Positions 34,271 to 45,000 of a stretch of DNA of 64,000 bases are shown piece after piece. The notes beneath the pieces are model-generated. The model was not told the DNA's origin. It was given only the letters and a program-made list of their open reading frames with translations, and searched no databases. Each line of letters opens with the position of its first letter. Position 1 is the first letter of the stretch. The DNA comes from an uncultured Planctomycetaceae bacterium (GTDB lineage Bacteria > Planctomycetota > Planctomycetia > Isosphaerales > Isosphaeraceae), in NCBI GenBank assembly GCA_963833985.1, contig CAWIAD010000001.1:640001-704000 (forward strand), in the 5' to 3' direction. The position numbers were made by a program, and so were the translations under genes.

Positions 34271-34486
34271 GGATCAGTCCTGCTAGGATCAGTGTCGCCG
34301 GCTCGAAACGCGATCAGGGGGCCGATCGCTCGCTCGCGGCCAGCGCGGAAGAAGAAAGCCCGCCACAAAAGGACTCGTGCCATAGCATTGCGACGGCGCC
34401 CTGGCGCCGTCCAGGGCGGCAACCGCTCCGGCGGCCAGGGGCTCGTCCGGAGCGTGTCGCACGGTAAGTGTCAGCACCGCAGCGCG

Positions 34487-36001
34487 TCACGACCCGGACG
34501 GATCTGATTCCACGGAGACAGGCTCCGCCGCCGGCGCGGCGGTCTGGTCCACGGTCTCCACCGCCGTCTCGACCTCGTCGAGATGGACATCCTCGATCTC
34601 GACGAACCGGAGAATGCAGTCCAGCGCCTTGCGCTCGAGGATTTGCGTGGCCAGGGCGTCTCCCAGCCCTTCCTTCTCGACCCGGGCTCGAACCCGGCGG
34701 ACGCTCTCGCCGTTCCGAGCGGCCATCGCCTCGAGCTCCAGCTCGAGATCCTCCTGTTCCAGCTTGATCCCTTCCGCCTCGGCGATCCGCGCCAGCAGGA
34801 AAAACTCCTTGAGCGAGCGGCGCGTGGTCTCGTGGGCGTTGGCGCGTATCTCGGCTTCGCGAGCGCGAATGTCCGCGTCGGTGAAGCCCTGTTCGCGCAA
34901 CTCCATCGCCAGGCGGTTGGTGGTGCTCTTCTCCTGTCGTGAGACGAGATCGGCGGGCAGATCGAAGGGGGTCGCACCGATCAGCGTGTCCAGGATCTGG
35001 CGGCGCATCGCCTGGCGTTGCTGCGACTCGTTCTGCCGCTTGAGCGCATCGTGAATCGCTTCGCGCAGTTCCGCCTCGTCCGAGAAGCCGAGCGAATCCA
35101 GGAACTCGGCGTTCACCTCGGGCATTCGCATCTGCTTCAGGTCATGCACGGCGACCGTGGCGCGCACGGTGGCTCCGCGCAGTTCCTCCTCGGCCACGGC
35201 CGTGCCCAGCTTCGCCTGGATCTCCCGGGTTTCTTCCGGCCGCACACCTTGCAGCGCCGCGCCCATGGCAGGAATGTGGCCGTCCTGGAAGCGGAGCTCC
35301 GGCTGCAAACGGAACTGGATCTCCTTGATCTGGTTGAGCTCCGTGCCGTTCGGCCGGTAGAACGTCAAATCGGCCGTGATGTAGTCGCCAATCTCGGCCG
35401 CGCCTTCCAGTTTCGGAACGATCTGGGCGTACCGTTCCAGGAATCGTCCCAGGCGGGCCTCCACATCCTGCTCTCGAATCGTCTTGACCGGTCGCTTGAC
35501 CTTCAGCCCCTTGTAGTCGGGGAGCGTGAAATCCGGTTTGACCTCGACCTCCATCTCGAAGACCATCGGGCCGTCTTCGGGAAGCACGATCGCCTCGACG
35601 TCCAGCTTCGGCTGGGTGATCGGGTCAAGCTTGTAGTCCTCATCGATCTGTTCCAGCGCAGTCATCAGCAGCGTCGACTTGACCTGCTCGCCCACCTGCT
35701 TGCGGAACCGTTTGACGACAAGCTGCCGCGGAGCCCGACCTGACCGGAAACCGGGAACTTGTGCGTCGCGCTGGAAGTTGCCCAGCGATTCCTCGAATTG
35801 CCGTTCAATCTCGCTCCGGGGCACCGTGACCTTGAGGTGCTTCTTGCACGGCCCCACGTTGTCAATCTGAACGTCAAGCTCGAGCTTGCGCTTCGCCTCG
35901 ACGCCGCTCCCGTCTTCCTGGGAAGGCGAGTCGTCGGCAAGCTGATCGGTTGCCGCGGCTGACGTATCGTGCTGATCCTCACCGGTGCTCATCTGAGGCA
36001 T
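34487..36001 (-). CDS. tig: Trigger factor
   Basis: Ribosome-binding motif VPGFRSGRAP; EVKPDF; upstream of the clpP pair. Confidence 0.92.
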   Translation of the reverse strand: MPQMSTGEDQHDTSAAATDQLADDSPSQEDGSGVEAKRKLELDVQIDNVGPCKKHLKVTVPRSEIERQFEESLGNFQRDAQVPGFRSGRAPRQLVVKRFRKQVGEQVKSTLLMTALEQIDEDYKLDPITQPKLDVEAIVLPEDGPMVFEMEVEVKPDFTLPDYKGLKVKRPVKTIREQDVEARLGRFLERYAQIVPKLEGAAEIGDYITADLTFYRPNGTELNQIKEIQFRLQPELRFQDGHIPAMGAALQGVRPEETREIQAKLGTAVAEEELRGATVRATVAVHDLKQMRMPEVNAEFLDSLGFSDEAELREAIHDALKRQNESQQRQAMRRQILDTLIGATPFDLPADLVSRQEKSTTNRLAMELREQGFTDADIRAREAEIRANAHETTRRSLKEFFLLARIAEAEGIKLEQEDLELELEAMAARNGESVRRVRARVEKEGLGDALATQILERKALDCILRFVEIEDVHLDEVETAVETVDQTAAPAAEPVSVESDPSGS

Positions 36002-36098
36002 TCCCACGGATCACTACTGGCTGGGACGGCTTGATCCGCCATCACGCAACCAACGCGCTCGTGCGAAAACGGCCAGCCCCAGAGGCAAAAGAAACCAG

Positions 36099-36170
36099 AG
36101 CGGGAGATGGGATTTGAACCCACGACAACCACGTTGGCAACGTGGTGCTCTACCCCTGAGCTACTCCCGC
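36099..36170 (-). tRNA. tRNA-Gly(GCC)
   Basis: GCGGGAGTAGCTCAGGGGTAGAGCACCACGTTGCCAACGTGGTTGTCGTGGGTTCAAATCCCATCTCCCGCT folds as a cloverleaf; anticodon GCC; CCA not encoded. Confidence 0.96.
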
Positions 36171-36453
36171 GAATCTCGATGCGAACTGACGCAGGGGAGC
36201 CTTCGCACCCATGCCGCGCACGCAACGACGTCGTTCATCAGTATAGCGCGAAGCCCCTCGATTGCAAGAGTTTTGCGTGGAATGCCGCAGCGCGACCGCC
36301 ACGTCTGCACACGATGGCGGCAAGGCAGGGCTTTCCATTTGCGTGACGGCTGCCGAGAAGGTAGGCTGAACGAGCGTAGATTCCAGTGATACCTGCGCCA
36401 GACATGATCTTCCCCATATCAAGTTCCGCCAGCCAGTCGGGATCGCTTCGATC

Positions 36454-37125
36454 ATGAATTACGCCCTCCATGTTGTGCGCGGCCGCAGCGGAGCCAACAC
36501 ACTTCGGCTGATGGATGGAGTGAATAGTGTCGGACGCCATGATGATTGCCAGATCCGCATCCGCTCTTCCCAGGTCAGCCGTCGCCACTGCGAGCTGATC
36601 GAGGAGGGCGAAAAGCTCATTGTCCGGGACCTCGGAAGCTCGAATGGTACCTACGTCAATGGCAAGCGCGTGCTCGGTCAGCAAACGCTCAAGCCCGGCG
36701 ACGTCCTGACCATCGGCGGAGTCACCCTACGCGTCGATCTGCTGCGCTCGACCAGCCCCCCGGTCGCTGCACCGGCGGGTGCCGGACCCGTGACCAACGA
36801 TACGGCCGAGGTCGAAGCCCTGCCCGCCGATGAAGATGACTTTCAGATGGAGTTGCCTGAGGACGAAGACGAATTCGAGGTCCCTATCGAAAGTGAGGCG
36901 GACCACTTCGATATCATCCCACTGGATGACGAACCCGCGCCGCAAACCGCGAAGTCCTCCAGGAGCCCCGGTCCGACCGGCGCGGTACAGGAACAGCAAG
37001 TGCCCTCCGATCCCGCTGACGAAACCGCGGATGCCGCCACTCCCGGCGCGAAGCCGAAGACCGCGGAGGATGAGGAAGCGGTTGCCCAGTTCTTGCTGGA
37101 CTTGAAGCTTGACGAGGACGATTGA
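36454..37125 (+). CDS. FHA domain protein with acidic tail
   Basis: VGR..DC.IRI.S..VSRRHC, DLGSSNGTYVNG. Confidence 0.9.
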   Translation: MNYALHVVRGRSGANTLRLMDGVNSVGRHDDCQIRIRSSQVSRRHCELIEEGEKLIVRDLGSSNGTYVNGKRVLGQQTLKPGDVLTIGGVTLRVDLLRSTSPPVAAPAGAGPVTNDTAEVEALPADEDDFQMELPEDEDEFEVPIESEADHFDIIPLDDEPAPQTAKSSRSPGPTGAVQEQQVPSDPADETADAATPGAKPKTAEDEEAVAQFLLDLKLDEDD

Positions 37126-37434
37126 ACGACACACTCACCACCGTCGGATGGGTCCCCGTGCAGGGCTTCACAAGCGCTCGTTCGTGCGCGTCGGCGCTCC
37201 GCGTTCGAGCCGAATATCCTGAGCTCACGAAGACGGGGCCGGTGGTGTCGGAGGCATTCCCCAATCACTGATGATTCCATCCGTCATTGATGAACTTTCG
37301 CGACTTCCTCCGACTACGCATTGATTTCCGCGGCGAATCGCTTTAAATAGCTCTTAAGGAAGAATTCGTTCGGCACTGGGTCCATCATCTCAGCGTTCGT
37401 TTGACCGGTCGTGGTCATCGATAGGATTTGTCCC

Positions 37435-38178
37435 ATGGCTCGTCGCAAAACGTTACCCGAGTCGTTACGTGCCAAGCTTGCCCTGGCGGAACGGCTGTCA
37501 AATCTGCGCCTGGAGCTTTTCGGTGAGCGAGGCGGTCCGGAGATGGCTCGCCGGCTGCAAATCCCTGTTCGTACCTGGTACAACTACGAGGGGGGAGTGA
37601 CCGTTCCAGCCGAGGTGGTTCTCAAGATCATCGAGCTCACCTCGGTCGAGCCTGTCTGGCTGCTTCATGGCAAGGGTCCGAAATTCCGCCAGCAGTCCGA
37701 CGCCAACGTGCTGGATACCGCCGCGCGTCCCAACATGACCGTCGGCGCACTGCTGCGGACTGCGCTTCAGTTACTGGAAAGCGACCATGCGAGCCGTGAC
37801 GGTGGCATCGAGTCGGGCAACCAGCCACAACTCTTCGAGCCACCCCACGAGAATCCCGCCCGGAAAGAGTGGATCGAAGCCCAGCAAGAGAACCGTTGCA
37901 TCGTGGTCCAGGGCAACGCGATGGCGCCCATGGTTGCCGAAGGCGCCTGCGTCGCGTATTCCAAGCACGACGAGGATCCGCGTCAACTGGACGGCAAGAT
38001 GGTCGTCGTCTGGCTCGGCGACACGCCGACGGTTCGCTGGTTCAGCCACTGCGGCCGCTACGCCCTCTTACGGGCCGAGAATGCTCAAACCGTGCCCCAG
38101 CAGCAACTCGTGGACTTCGACGCCGACACCCAACGTGTCCGCATGCGGCGGGTCCTCTGGATCGACACGCCGCATTGA
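37435..38178 (+). CDS. CI/XRE-like repressor with S24-like C-terminal domain
   Basis: HTH EMARRLQIPVRTWYNYEGG, WLLHGKG linker, S24-like VQGNAMAP...LRAEN. Confidence 0.72.
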   Translation: MARRKTLPESLRAKLALAERLSNLRLELFGERGGPEMARRLQIPVRTWYNYEGGVTVPAEVVLKIIELTSVEPVWLLHGKGPKFRQQSDANVLDTAARPNMTVGALLRTALQLLESDHASRDGGIESGNQPQLFEPPHENPARKEWIEAQQENRCIVVQGNAMAPMVAEGACVAYSKHDEDPRQLDGKMVVVWLGDTPTVRWFSHCGRYALLRAENAQTVPQQQLVDFDADTQRVRMRRVLWIDTPH

Positions 38179-38235
38179 ATCGCCCTCGTCCGGAGCTAGC
38201 GATCCGGAGCTTCGCACCTGGAGCTTGCAATCCGA

Positions 38236-38590
38236 TCACCAGACCAGGCATTCGCAGGCACAGCGCACAACGAGAATCTTGCCGTCGCCAATCCGCCCTG
38301 TCCGCGCCTCCACGGTGATCGCCCGGATGACCGCCTGGGCCTGCTCTTCGGCTACGAAGACCGTCACCTGGACCTTGGGCAGAAACGAGGCGCTGTACTC
38401 ACTTCCCAGGTACTGGCTGAGCCGGTTCTTCTGCCGGCCGTAGCCCATCGCCTCGCAAACCGTCGCTCCCAGAATGTCCAGCCCATGCAGAGCCGAGAGG
38501 ACCGCCTGCGCGAAAGGGCTTGACCAGGGCCATGATCTTCACAGGACAGGCTTGCCGTTCCGCAGCAGCCGCCAGCTCCGGGGAGTTCAT
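38236..38590 (-). CDS. P-II family signal transduction protein (frameshift near 38505)
   Basis: KIMALVKPF, GYGRQK, YLGSEY...FLPKV, ARTGRIGDGKI. Confidence 0.85.
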
Positions 38591-38835
38591 CGCAGCACCT
38601 CGATCGCGCTCCTGCATCGCCTGTTTCCCACGCTTTCCGGCTGGCATCGCTGGCGGCCCGCGACTTTTGAGATTAAGCTAAAAACACTTCGCTGTGAACT
38701 GTCAGACCGATCCGGTTCGACGCCGGTCTGCCCGCAAGGCGCGATCGCCGCAAGGCACTCGCGGGCGGAATCTGCACGATCTCTCGAGACTTCACGGCCA
38801 GAGAGCCGTCCGTCTCCTCGCTTCAGGATGCATCC

Positions 38836-39552
38836 ATGAAAAGGTTGGCGGCCGTTCTTCTGAGCCTGAGCCTCGTGCTCACGATCGGATGTGGAACCCA
38901 GAGTTACGAGACCCGGCTCGACAAGACCCTGGAAAACATGGCCTATCAGAAACGGCTCGACGATAATCTCGAGGAAGCGCCGACCAAGGGCAAGCTGAAG
39001 GAAGAGCTGCTGATCTATGTCCGGCCCCCCAAGAGCATGACGGGGCCGACGGAGACCTTCCAGCTCGCGGTGGTGGAGCCCGGCAAGTACGACACGGAGT
39101 CCAGCTTCATCGAGCCGGAGAAGCAGAGCCTGCACATCTTGGCACGCGTCAAGCGCCCCAAGAATCCGGCCAAGAAGGCGCCCAGCCAGGCCGAAACGCC
39201 TCGCGGCGACTTCAACGCCGACGTGGTCGAACTGCTCAAGAACGTCTACGGGGTGGAACTGGCCGTCGGCGAGTTCAAAGCCGACACGAAACGCACCAAC
39301 GCGTTCAAGTACAAGATGCTGGATTTGAATGCGAAAAACGTGCAGATTTATCTTTACGGGGATAAGAACAACCCTTACGAGGTCGCGCTCATCTTCGAGT
39401 ACCCCAAGGCCGAGCACAACGCGGTCAATCCCAAGATCGGGCTCTGCCTGGAATCGTTCGCGGTGGGCGAGAAGGCCAGGCGAGCCTACGCCGGTAGCGA
39501 AACGGAAGAGTTCGAGGGCGAGGAAGCACCTGCTGCGCCGGTCGCCTTCTAG
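38836..39552 (+). CDS. Hypothetical lipoprotein
   Basis: Lipoprotein signal MKRLAAVLLSLSLVLTIGC; strong codon bias. Confidence 0.75.
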   Translation: MKRLAAVLLSLSLVLTIGCGTQSYETRLDKTLENMAYQKRLDDNLEEAPTKGKLKEELLIYVRPPKSMTGPTETFQLAVVEPGKYDTESSFIEPEKQSLHILARVKRPKNPAKKAPSQAETPRGDFNADVVELLKNVYGVELAVGEFKADTKRTNAFKYKMLDLNAKNVQIYLYGDKNNPYEVALIFEYPKAEHNAVNPKIGLCLESFAVGEKARRAYAGSETEEFEGEEAPAAPVAF

Positions 39553-39622
39553 CAAGCCGGCCCTTCCGGGCCCCGCCCACTGCGGGCGGGACTCGTTCTC
39601 ATCGCGGCCACGTGGTCCGGGT

Positions 39623-39832
39623 TCAGGAGCTCAGAGCGTGAGCCTCCGTGATCACCCGGCCTGTGCCGGCCTCGACTTCTGCACTCTCCAGAAGCTCGTC
39701 CCGCAAGATTGTGACATCGCGGGGAGCCTCGATGCCGATGCGTACCTGGTTCCGCTCCACCTTCACGATCGTGATTCGGATGTCCGGCCCGATCATGATG
39801 GACTGCAAAGGCTTGCGACTGAGAACGAGCAT
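39623..39832 (-). CDS. csrA: Carbon storage regulator CsrA
   Basis: MLVLSRK...I.IG.DIRITIV...QVRIGIEAPRDV.ILRDEL; GGAGG SD. Confidence 0.93.
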   Translation of the reverse strand: MLVLSRKPLQSIMIGPDIRITIVKVERNQVRIGIEAPRDVTILRDELLESAEVEAGTGRVITEAHALSS

Positions 39833-39975
39833 CCTCACCTCCCTGGCATCCCGGTGTCGGCACGGAAGGACGGTTGACACTTGCAAATTCGTCCTACTGC
39901 TATGCTCTCGAATTCTGGTAGGCTCACGCGACAGGGAGCCAGGGACCATCAGAACCCAGGAGCGAAGCACAGGAC

Positions 39976-41547
39976 ATGGACGCAGCGCGATACCGGCCCG
40001 GGCGGTTCTTGCACCCCGTTCGATTCGCGGGACTGGCGTGCCTTGTACTCCTCTGCGAAGTCCTGTCGCCCGCGGGACGGGCGGAACTGCTCTACTTCAA
40101 GAATGGCGGGGCGGTGCAGACCCCGGTCACGATCGATGGTGACCACATCGTCATTGACCTTGCCGGCAACCACTATGACTTCCTGCGGGAGGATTTCCGC
40201 AAGGTTGTGATCGGGTTCATTCCCGAGCACGACTGGGACACCCGGCGGCTGCAAGTGCAAAGCCTGGCATTTCCCGCTCGCTACCAGTCGGCCTGGTGGG
40301 CCATCACCAATGGCCTTGGCCCGGAAGCTGCCGCCGAAATTCGTGCCCTCCATGCGCTCCAGCCTGGCCACGGCCCGACCGCGCGGATGGCTTCGGCCCT
40401 CAATGCGCTCCAGCAGCCTGCCGCTGATCCGGATCTGGACCCGTTTCGCCGGACTCTGGGAGTGTCGACCACCCTCGCACGCGGGCCTCATGTGATTTTG
40501 CTGCATCAACTGTCCGAGCCCGAGGCGCAGCAGCGACTGGCGCTGCTGGAGCGCGTCTTCGCCAGCTACTTCTTGACCTTCGCGGCCGAGGGGGTCAGCC
40601 TCCGAATCCCCCAGAAGCGCCTGGTCTTTGCCTGGTTCAACGAACAGCAGGACTACCTGGCATTCCTGCACGCTCAGGGAGCTGACGCGTTTGCCAGCAC
40701 GCGCGGTTATTACCACCCCACGTGGAATGCGGTCCTGGCCTATGACGCGATCTCCTCGGAGGAGCAGTTGCACGGCAAGGAATCTGTGCGGGCTCGCCGC
40801 GAGGAACTGGCCGAGTTTCGAGCGACCGTCGACCGGATCCCGCCCCGGGCCCGGCTCCGCGTCACGCTCACCGGCCAGTCGCCGCGCACGCTCAGCCGGT
40901 CCGACGCTCTGGCTCTGGCTGGCCGGCTGGAACGCGAGCTGCGCCGCGAAGAGCTGTTGCTGGACCTGGAATGCCGGATGATCAACGACGGGACCGCCGC
41001 CCACGAATTGATCCATCTCCTGGCGGCCGCGAGCGGCCTCCTTCCCCGCCCTGGTGCGTTCCCCGTCTGGCTTCAGGAGGGCCTGGCAATGCAGTTCGAG
41101 GTGATCCGAGGAGGGCGCTGGGCGGGAGTTGGCCGGGCCAGCGACCCGCGTTTGCCCGACTGGCGGCGGATCACTCCGGTTCCGAAGCTGGAGCCGATGG
41201 TGCGCGACACGGGCTACGGCCGCGGCTACCGCCGCGACCTCTACGCCCAGGCCTGGTCCCTGGTCTACTACCTCCGCGATCAGCACCCCGCGCAATTCCT
41301 GACTTACCTGGACCTGCTGCGCAGCCCCGACGCCGCCCTGGAAGATATGACCTCAGGCGAGCGCTCAATGGCCGCATTCCGGCGTGCCTTCGGCCCCGAC
41401 CTGGAAACCCTGGAGCGCTCCTGGCACGAGCACATGGCCGCGGTACAGACCCCTCTCGAAAAAAATGCACCCGCGGCAGCCCCCCCGTCGCTGCCATCGC
41501 CGAATGCCCCGGCCAGCGTGCAATCCGCGGCGCGCCGGAAGCAGTGA
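39976..41547 (+). CDS. DUF1570-type zincin-like exported protein
   Basis: GYYHP, AHELIH, PVWLQEGLAMQFE, YAQAWSLVYYL. Confidence 0.8.
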   Translation: MDAARYRPGRFLHPVRFAGLACLVLLCEVLSPAGRAELLYFKNGGAVQTPVTIDGDHIVIDLAGNHYDFLREDFRKVVIGFIPEHDWDTRRLQVQSLAFPARYQSAWWAITNGLGPEAAAEIRALHALQPGHGPTARMASALNALQQPAADPDLDPFRRTLGVSTTLARGPHVILLHQLSEPEAQQRLALLERVFASYFLTFAAEGVSLRIPQKRLVFAWFNEQQDYLAFLHAQGADAFASTRGYYHPTWNAVLAYDAISSEEQLHGKESVRARREELAEFRATVDRIPPRARLRVTLTGQSPRTLSRSDALALAGRLERELRREELLLDLECRMINDGTAAHELIHLLAAASGLLPRPGAFPVWLQEGLAMQFEVIRGGRWAGVGRASDPRLPDWRRITPVPKLEPMVRDTGYGRGYRRDLYAQAWSLVYYLRDQHPAQFLTYLDLLRSPDAALEDMTSGERSMAAFRRAFGPDLETLERSWHEHMAAVQTPLEKNAPAAAPPSLPSPNAPASVQSAARRKQ

Positions 41548-41594
41548 TGCAATTGACAGAGCTTTCGCGATCGTCCATACTGATTGGACGCTAT

Positions 41595-41669
<75 letters not shown>

Positions 41670-42047
41670 TTGACATCTCCTGACGACTGCCCTTCCCGAT
41701 CGGAAACGGATGAGGTTGAAGAATGGGAAGGCAGCTCAGCCTATGGCGGGGCCGCGTGGCTTGCGGAGATAGTTGGCGGCGTGCAGGCGGCCACCGCATG
41801 GACATGCTTGCTTGCGGGTTTGCTCTGCGAGATCCTGGTCGGCAGCCCAAAGGAACGACCAGAACCTGGCGGTCAGGGGTAAATCATGATACATGGTCGA
41901 GTACTCCGCTGTTGTGGTAAACCACGGAGTTCACCCCTCGGGAAGCTTGATCAAGTGACCAGGCTCTTCGAGGGGATTTTTGTTGGTACCCTCAGCGATG
42001 TTGCTCAGGAATCGCTGATTTCGCGTCGCTTAGCCTGCTCACGCACA

Positions 42048-45000
42048 CGGTGAGGCCGCGGAAAGTGATTCCATCGCCGATTCGCTCTCGATGTACGAGT
42101 AGCTTCAATGGGGCCGCGGCGGTGAGGCCGCGGAAAGCGATACACCGAGCCCCAGAGGGTGATTCTCCAGTGGAGCTTCAATGGGGCCGCGGCGGTGAGG
42201 CCGCGGAAAGCGCCGACAAGCAGCCGGTTCGACAGCGACGTCTACGGCTTCAATGGGGCCGCGGCGGTGAGGCCGCGGAAAGATTCTTGGCCCATCCTGA
42301 GCTGGTCAGCACGGTCGGCTTCAATGGGGCCGCGGCGGTGAGGCCGCGGAAAGATTCTTGGCCCATCCTGAGCTGGTCAGCACGGTCGGCTTCAATGGGG
42401 CCGCGGCGGTGAGGCCGCGGAAAGCAGGTGCCCTGGGCAACGCTCTGCACGAGCACGTTGTAGCTTCAATGGGGCCGCGGCGGTGAGGCCGCGGAAAGAC
42501 ATCCTCGGCCACGCGCTGAAGATCCTGATCAGCAGGCTTCAATGGGGCCGCGGCGGTGAGGCCGCGGAAAGTGAGCCGTGACGACGTGGTTGCCGACCTG
42601 GTCCGCACGGCTTCAATGGGGCCGCGGCGGTGAGGCCGCGGAAAGAGCGGTCATGATCCGGCTCGGCTACGACGACACAGCGCTTCAATGGGGCCGCGGC
42701 GGTGAGGCCGCGGAAAGTCCTGCGCGACCTGGCGGCCATCACGCACGGCACGCCGCTTCAATGGGGCCGCGGCGGTGAGGCCGCGGAAAGAGTCGGGTGT
42801 GGGCCGCTTCTTCAAGCGAGACCACGCGCTTCAATGGGGCCGCGGCGGTGAGGCCGCGGAAAGTATGTTGCCGTCAAAGCCCTACCTCCTTCCGCTTCAC
42901 GCTTCAATGGGGCCGCGGCGGTGAGGCCGCGGAAAGCCGTGCTGGATCGCCGTGGCGATCGCCTCCATTCCCTGCTTCAATGGGGCCGCGGCGGTGAGGC
43001 CGCGGAAAGCCGGGTATACCGCCGGCGGCAACACGCTCACGCTCGCCGCTTCAATGGGGCCGCGGCGGTGAGGCCGCGGAAAGCAGGGTGAAGCAGATCG
43101 GCGGTCCGGACGCTCCCTCGCTTCAATGGGGCCGCGGCGGTGAGGCCGCGGAAAGGGCATCAGAAAATCTCCTTCGCGTGCATACGTCGATTGCTTCAAT
43201 GGGGCCGCGGCGGTGAGGCCGCGGAAAGCGATGACCTTGGCGACGTCATCCCGGCAGTAGCCCGGCTTCAATGGGGCCGCGGCGGTGAGGCCGCGGAAAG
43301 ACGACCGGCGCGGAGCACTCGGGGCAGGGAGTGAAAGCTTCAATGGGGCCGCGGCGGTGAGGCCGCGGAAAGGGCATCTTGCGCATATCCACGTCCCGGC
43401 ATCAGTGATGCTTCAATGGGGCCGCGGCGGTGAGGCCGCGGAAAGCCAGCTTACGCCGGCGTAACAGGGGCCGGCCGCGACGCTTCAATGGGGCCGCGGC
43501 GGTGAGGCCGCGGAAAGCGGATTGGCCCACGTGGCACCAATGCACTCGTAAGAGCTTCAATGGGGCCGCGGCGGTGAGGCCGCGGAAAGCTGACCCCTTC
43601 GCCGCGCCATACCCGGGCGGACCTGGCTTCAATGGGGCCGCGGCGGTGAGGCCGCGGAAAGCCGGCTTGTCGCCTGTGCCGTAGTTCATCTCGATCCGCT
43701 TCAATGGGGCCGCGGCGGTGAGGCCGCGGAAAGAGTGGCCTGCACCGAACGCTGCCCGAGCACAGGCTGCTTCAATGGGGCCGCGGCGGTGAGGCCGCGG
43801 AAAGGGGCGGATGGCTGCGAAACCAGCGGCGGAGGAAATCGCTTCAATGGGGCCGCGGCGGTGAGGCCGCGGAAAGACGCTGTCACGAGACATGCGTGGC
43901 TCCGCGTGACTGGCTTCAATGGGGCCGCGGCGGTGAGGCCGCGGAAAGCTCTTGCTGTACGGTGGAATCAACGGGCTCCCTTAAAGGCTTCAATGGGGCC
44001 GCGGCGGTGAGGCCGCGGAAAGACAGCAAGGCCGCCCTGCGCGATCTACTGGGATTAGCTTCAATGGGGCCGCGGCGGTGAGGCCGCGGAAAGTTCAGAA
44101 CAAGGAGCGGACGGGGGAAACCAACCACAGAGCTTCAATGGGGCCGCGGCGGTGAGGCCGCGGAAAGAAGGGTTGCAGGGCAGCTCGGATCAGAACACCA
44201 CGGCTTCAATGGGGCCGCGGCGGTGAGGCCGCGGAAAGAACCAGGCCAAGGTGATGGCACGCGCGAGCCTGATCACGCTTCAATGGGGCCGCGGCGGTGA
44301 GGCCGCGGAAAGCCAGGGCGGTCGCGGCCTGTTCGGTCGCTGTCAGTAGCTTCAATGGGGCCGCGGCGGTGAGGCCGCGGAAAGGGGCCCCGACGAACAG
44401 GCCGAACAACGAGGCAGGGAGCTTCAATGGGGCCGCGGCGGTGAGGCCGCGGAAAGCCGCGGATCTGGTACTGCGTGTAGCCCGTGTTGTTGCTTCAATG
44501 GGGCCGCGGCGGTGAGGCCGCGGAAAGCCGCGTCGGGCCGGAAACCCAGTATTTCCCCAGTGAGCTTCAATGGGGCCGCGGCGGTGAGGCCGCGGAAAGA
44601 CACCCGGCGCATGTGCCCCCCGGCCCACTACTGGCCGGGCTTCAATGGGGCCGCGGCGGTGAGGCCGCGGAAAGAAAAACTGGTTGACCTGGCCCGCGCC
44701 GCTGCCGTTGGCGCTTCAATGGGGCCGCGGCGGTGAGGCCGCGGAAAGAAAAACTGGTTGACCTGGCCCGCGCCGCTGCCGTTGGCGCTTCAATGGGGCC
44801 GCGGCGGTGAGGCCGCGGAAAGCATGAATGCGGGATTGAAGGATGTGCCGATGGCCAAGGCTTCAATGGGGCCGCGGCGGTGAGGCCGCGGAAAGTTGGA
44901 CGGCAGGCCACGCAATTCGTGAGGCTGGTCAGGATGCTTCAATGGGGCCGCGGCGGTGAGGCCGCGGAAAGACATCGTCCTGGACTGGATGTTTCCCGGA

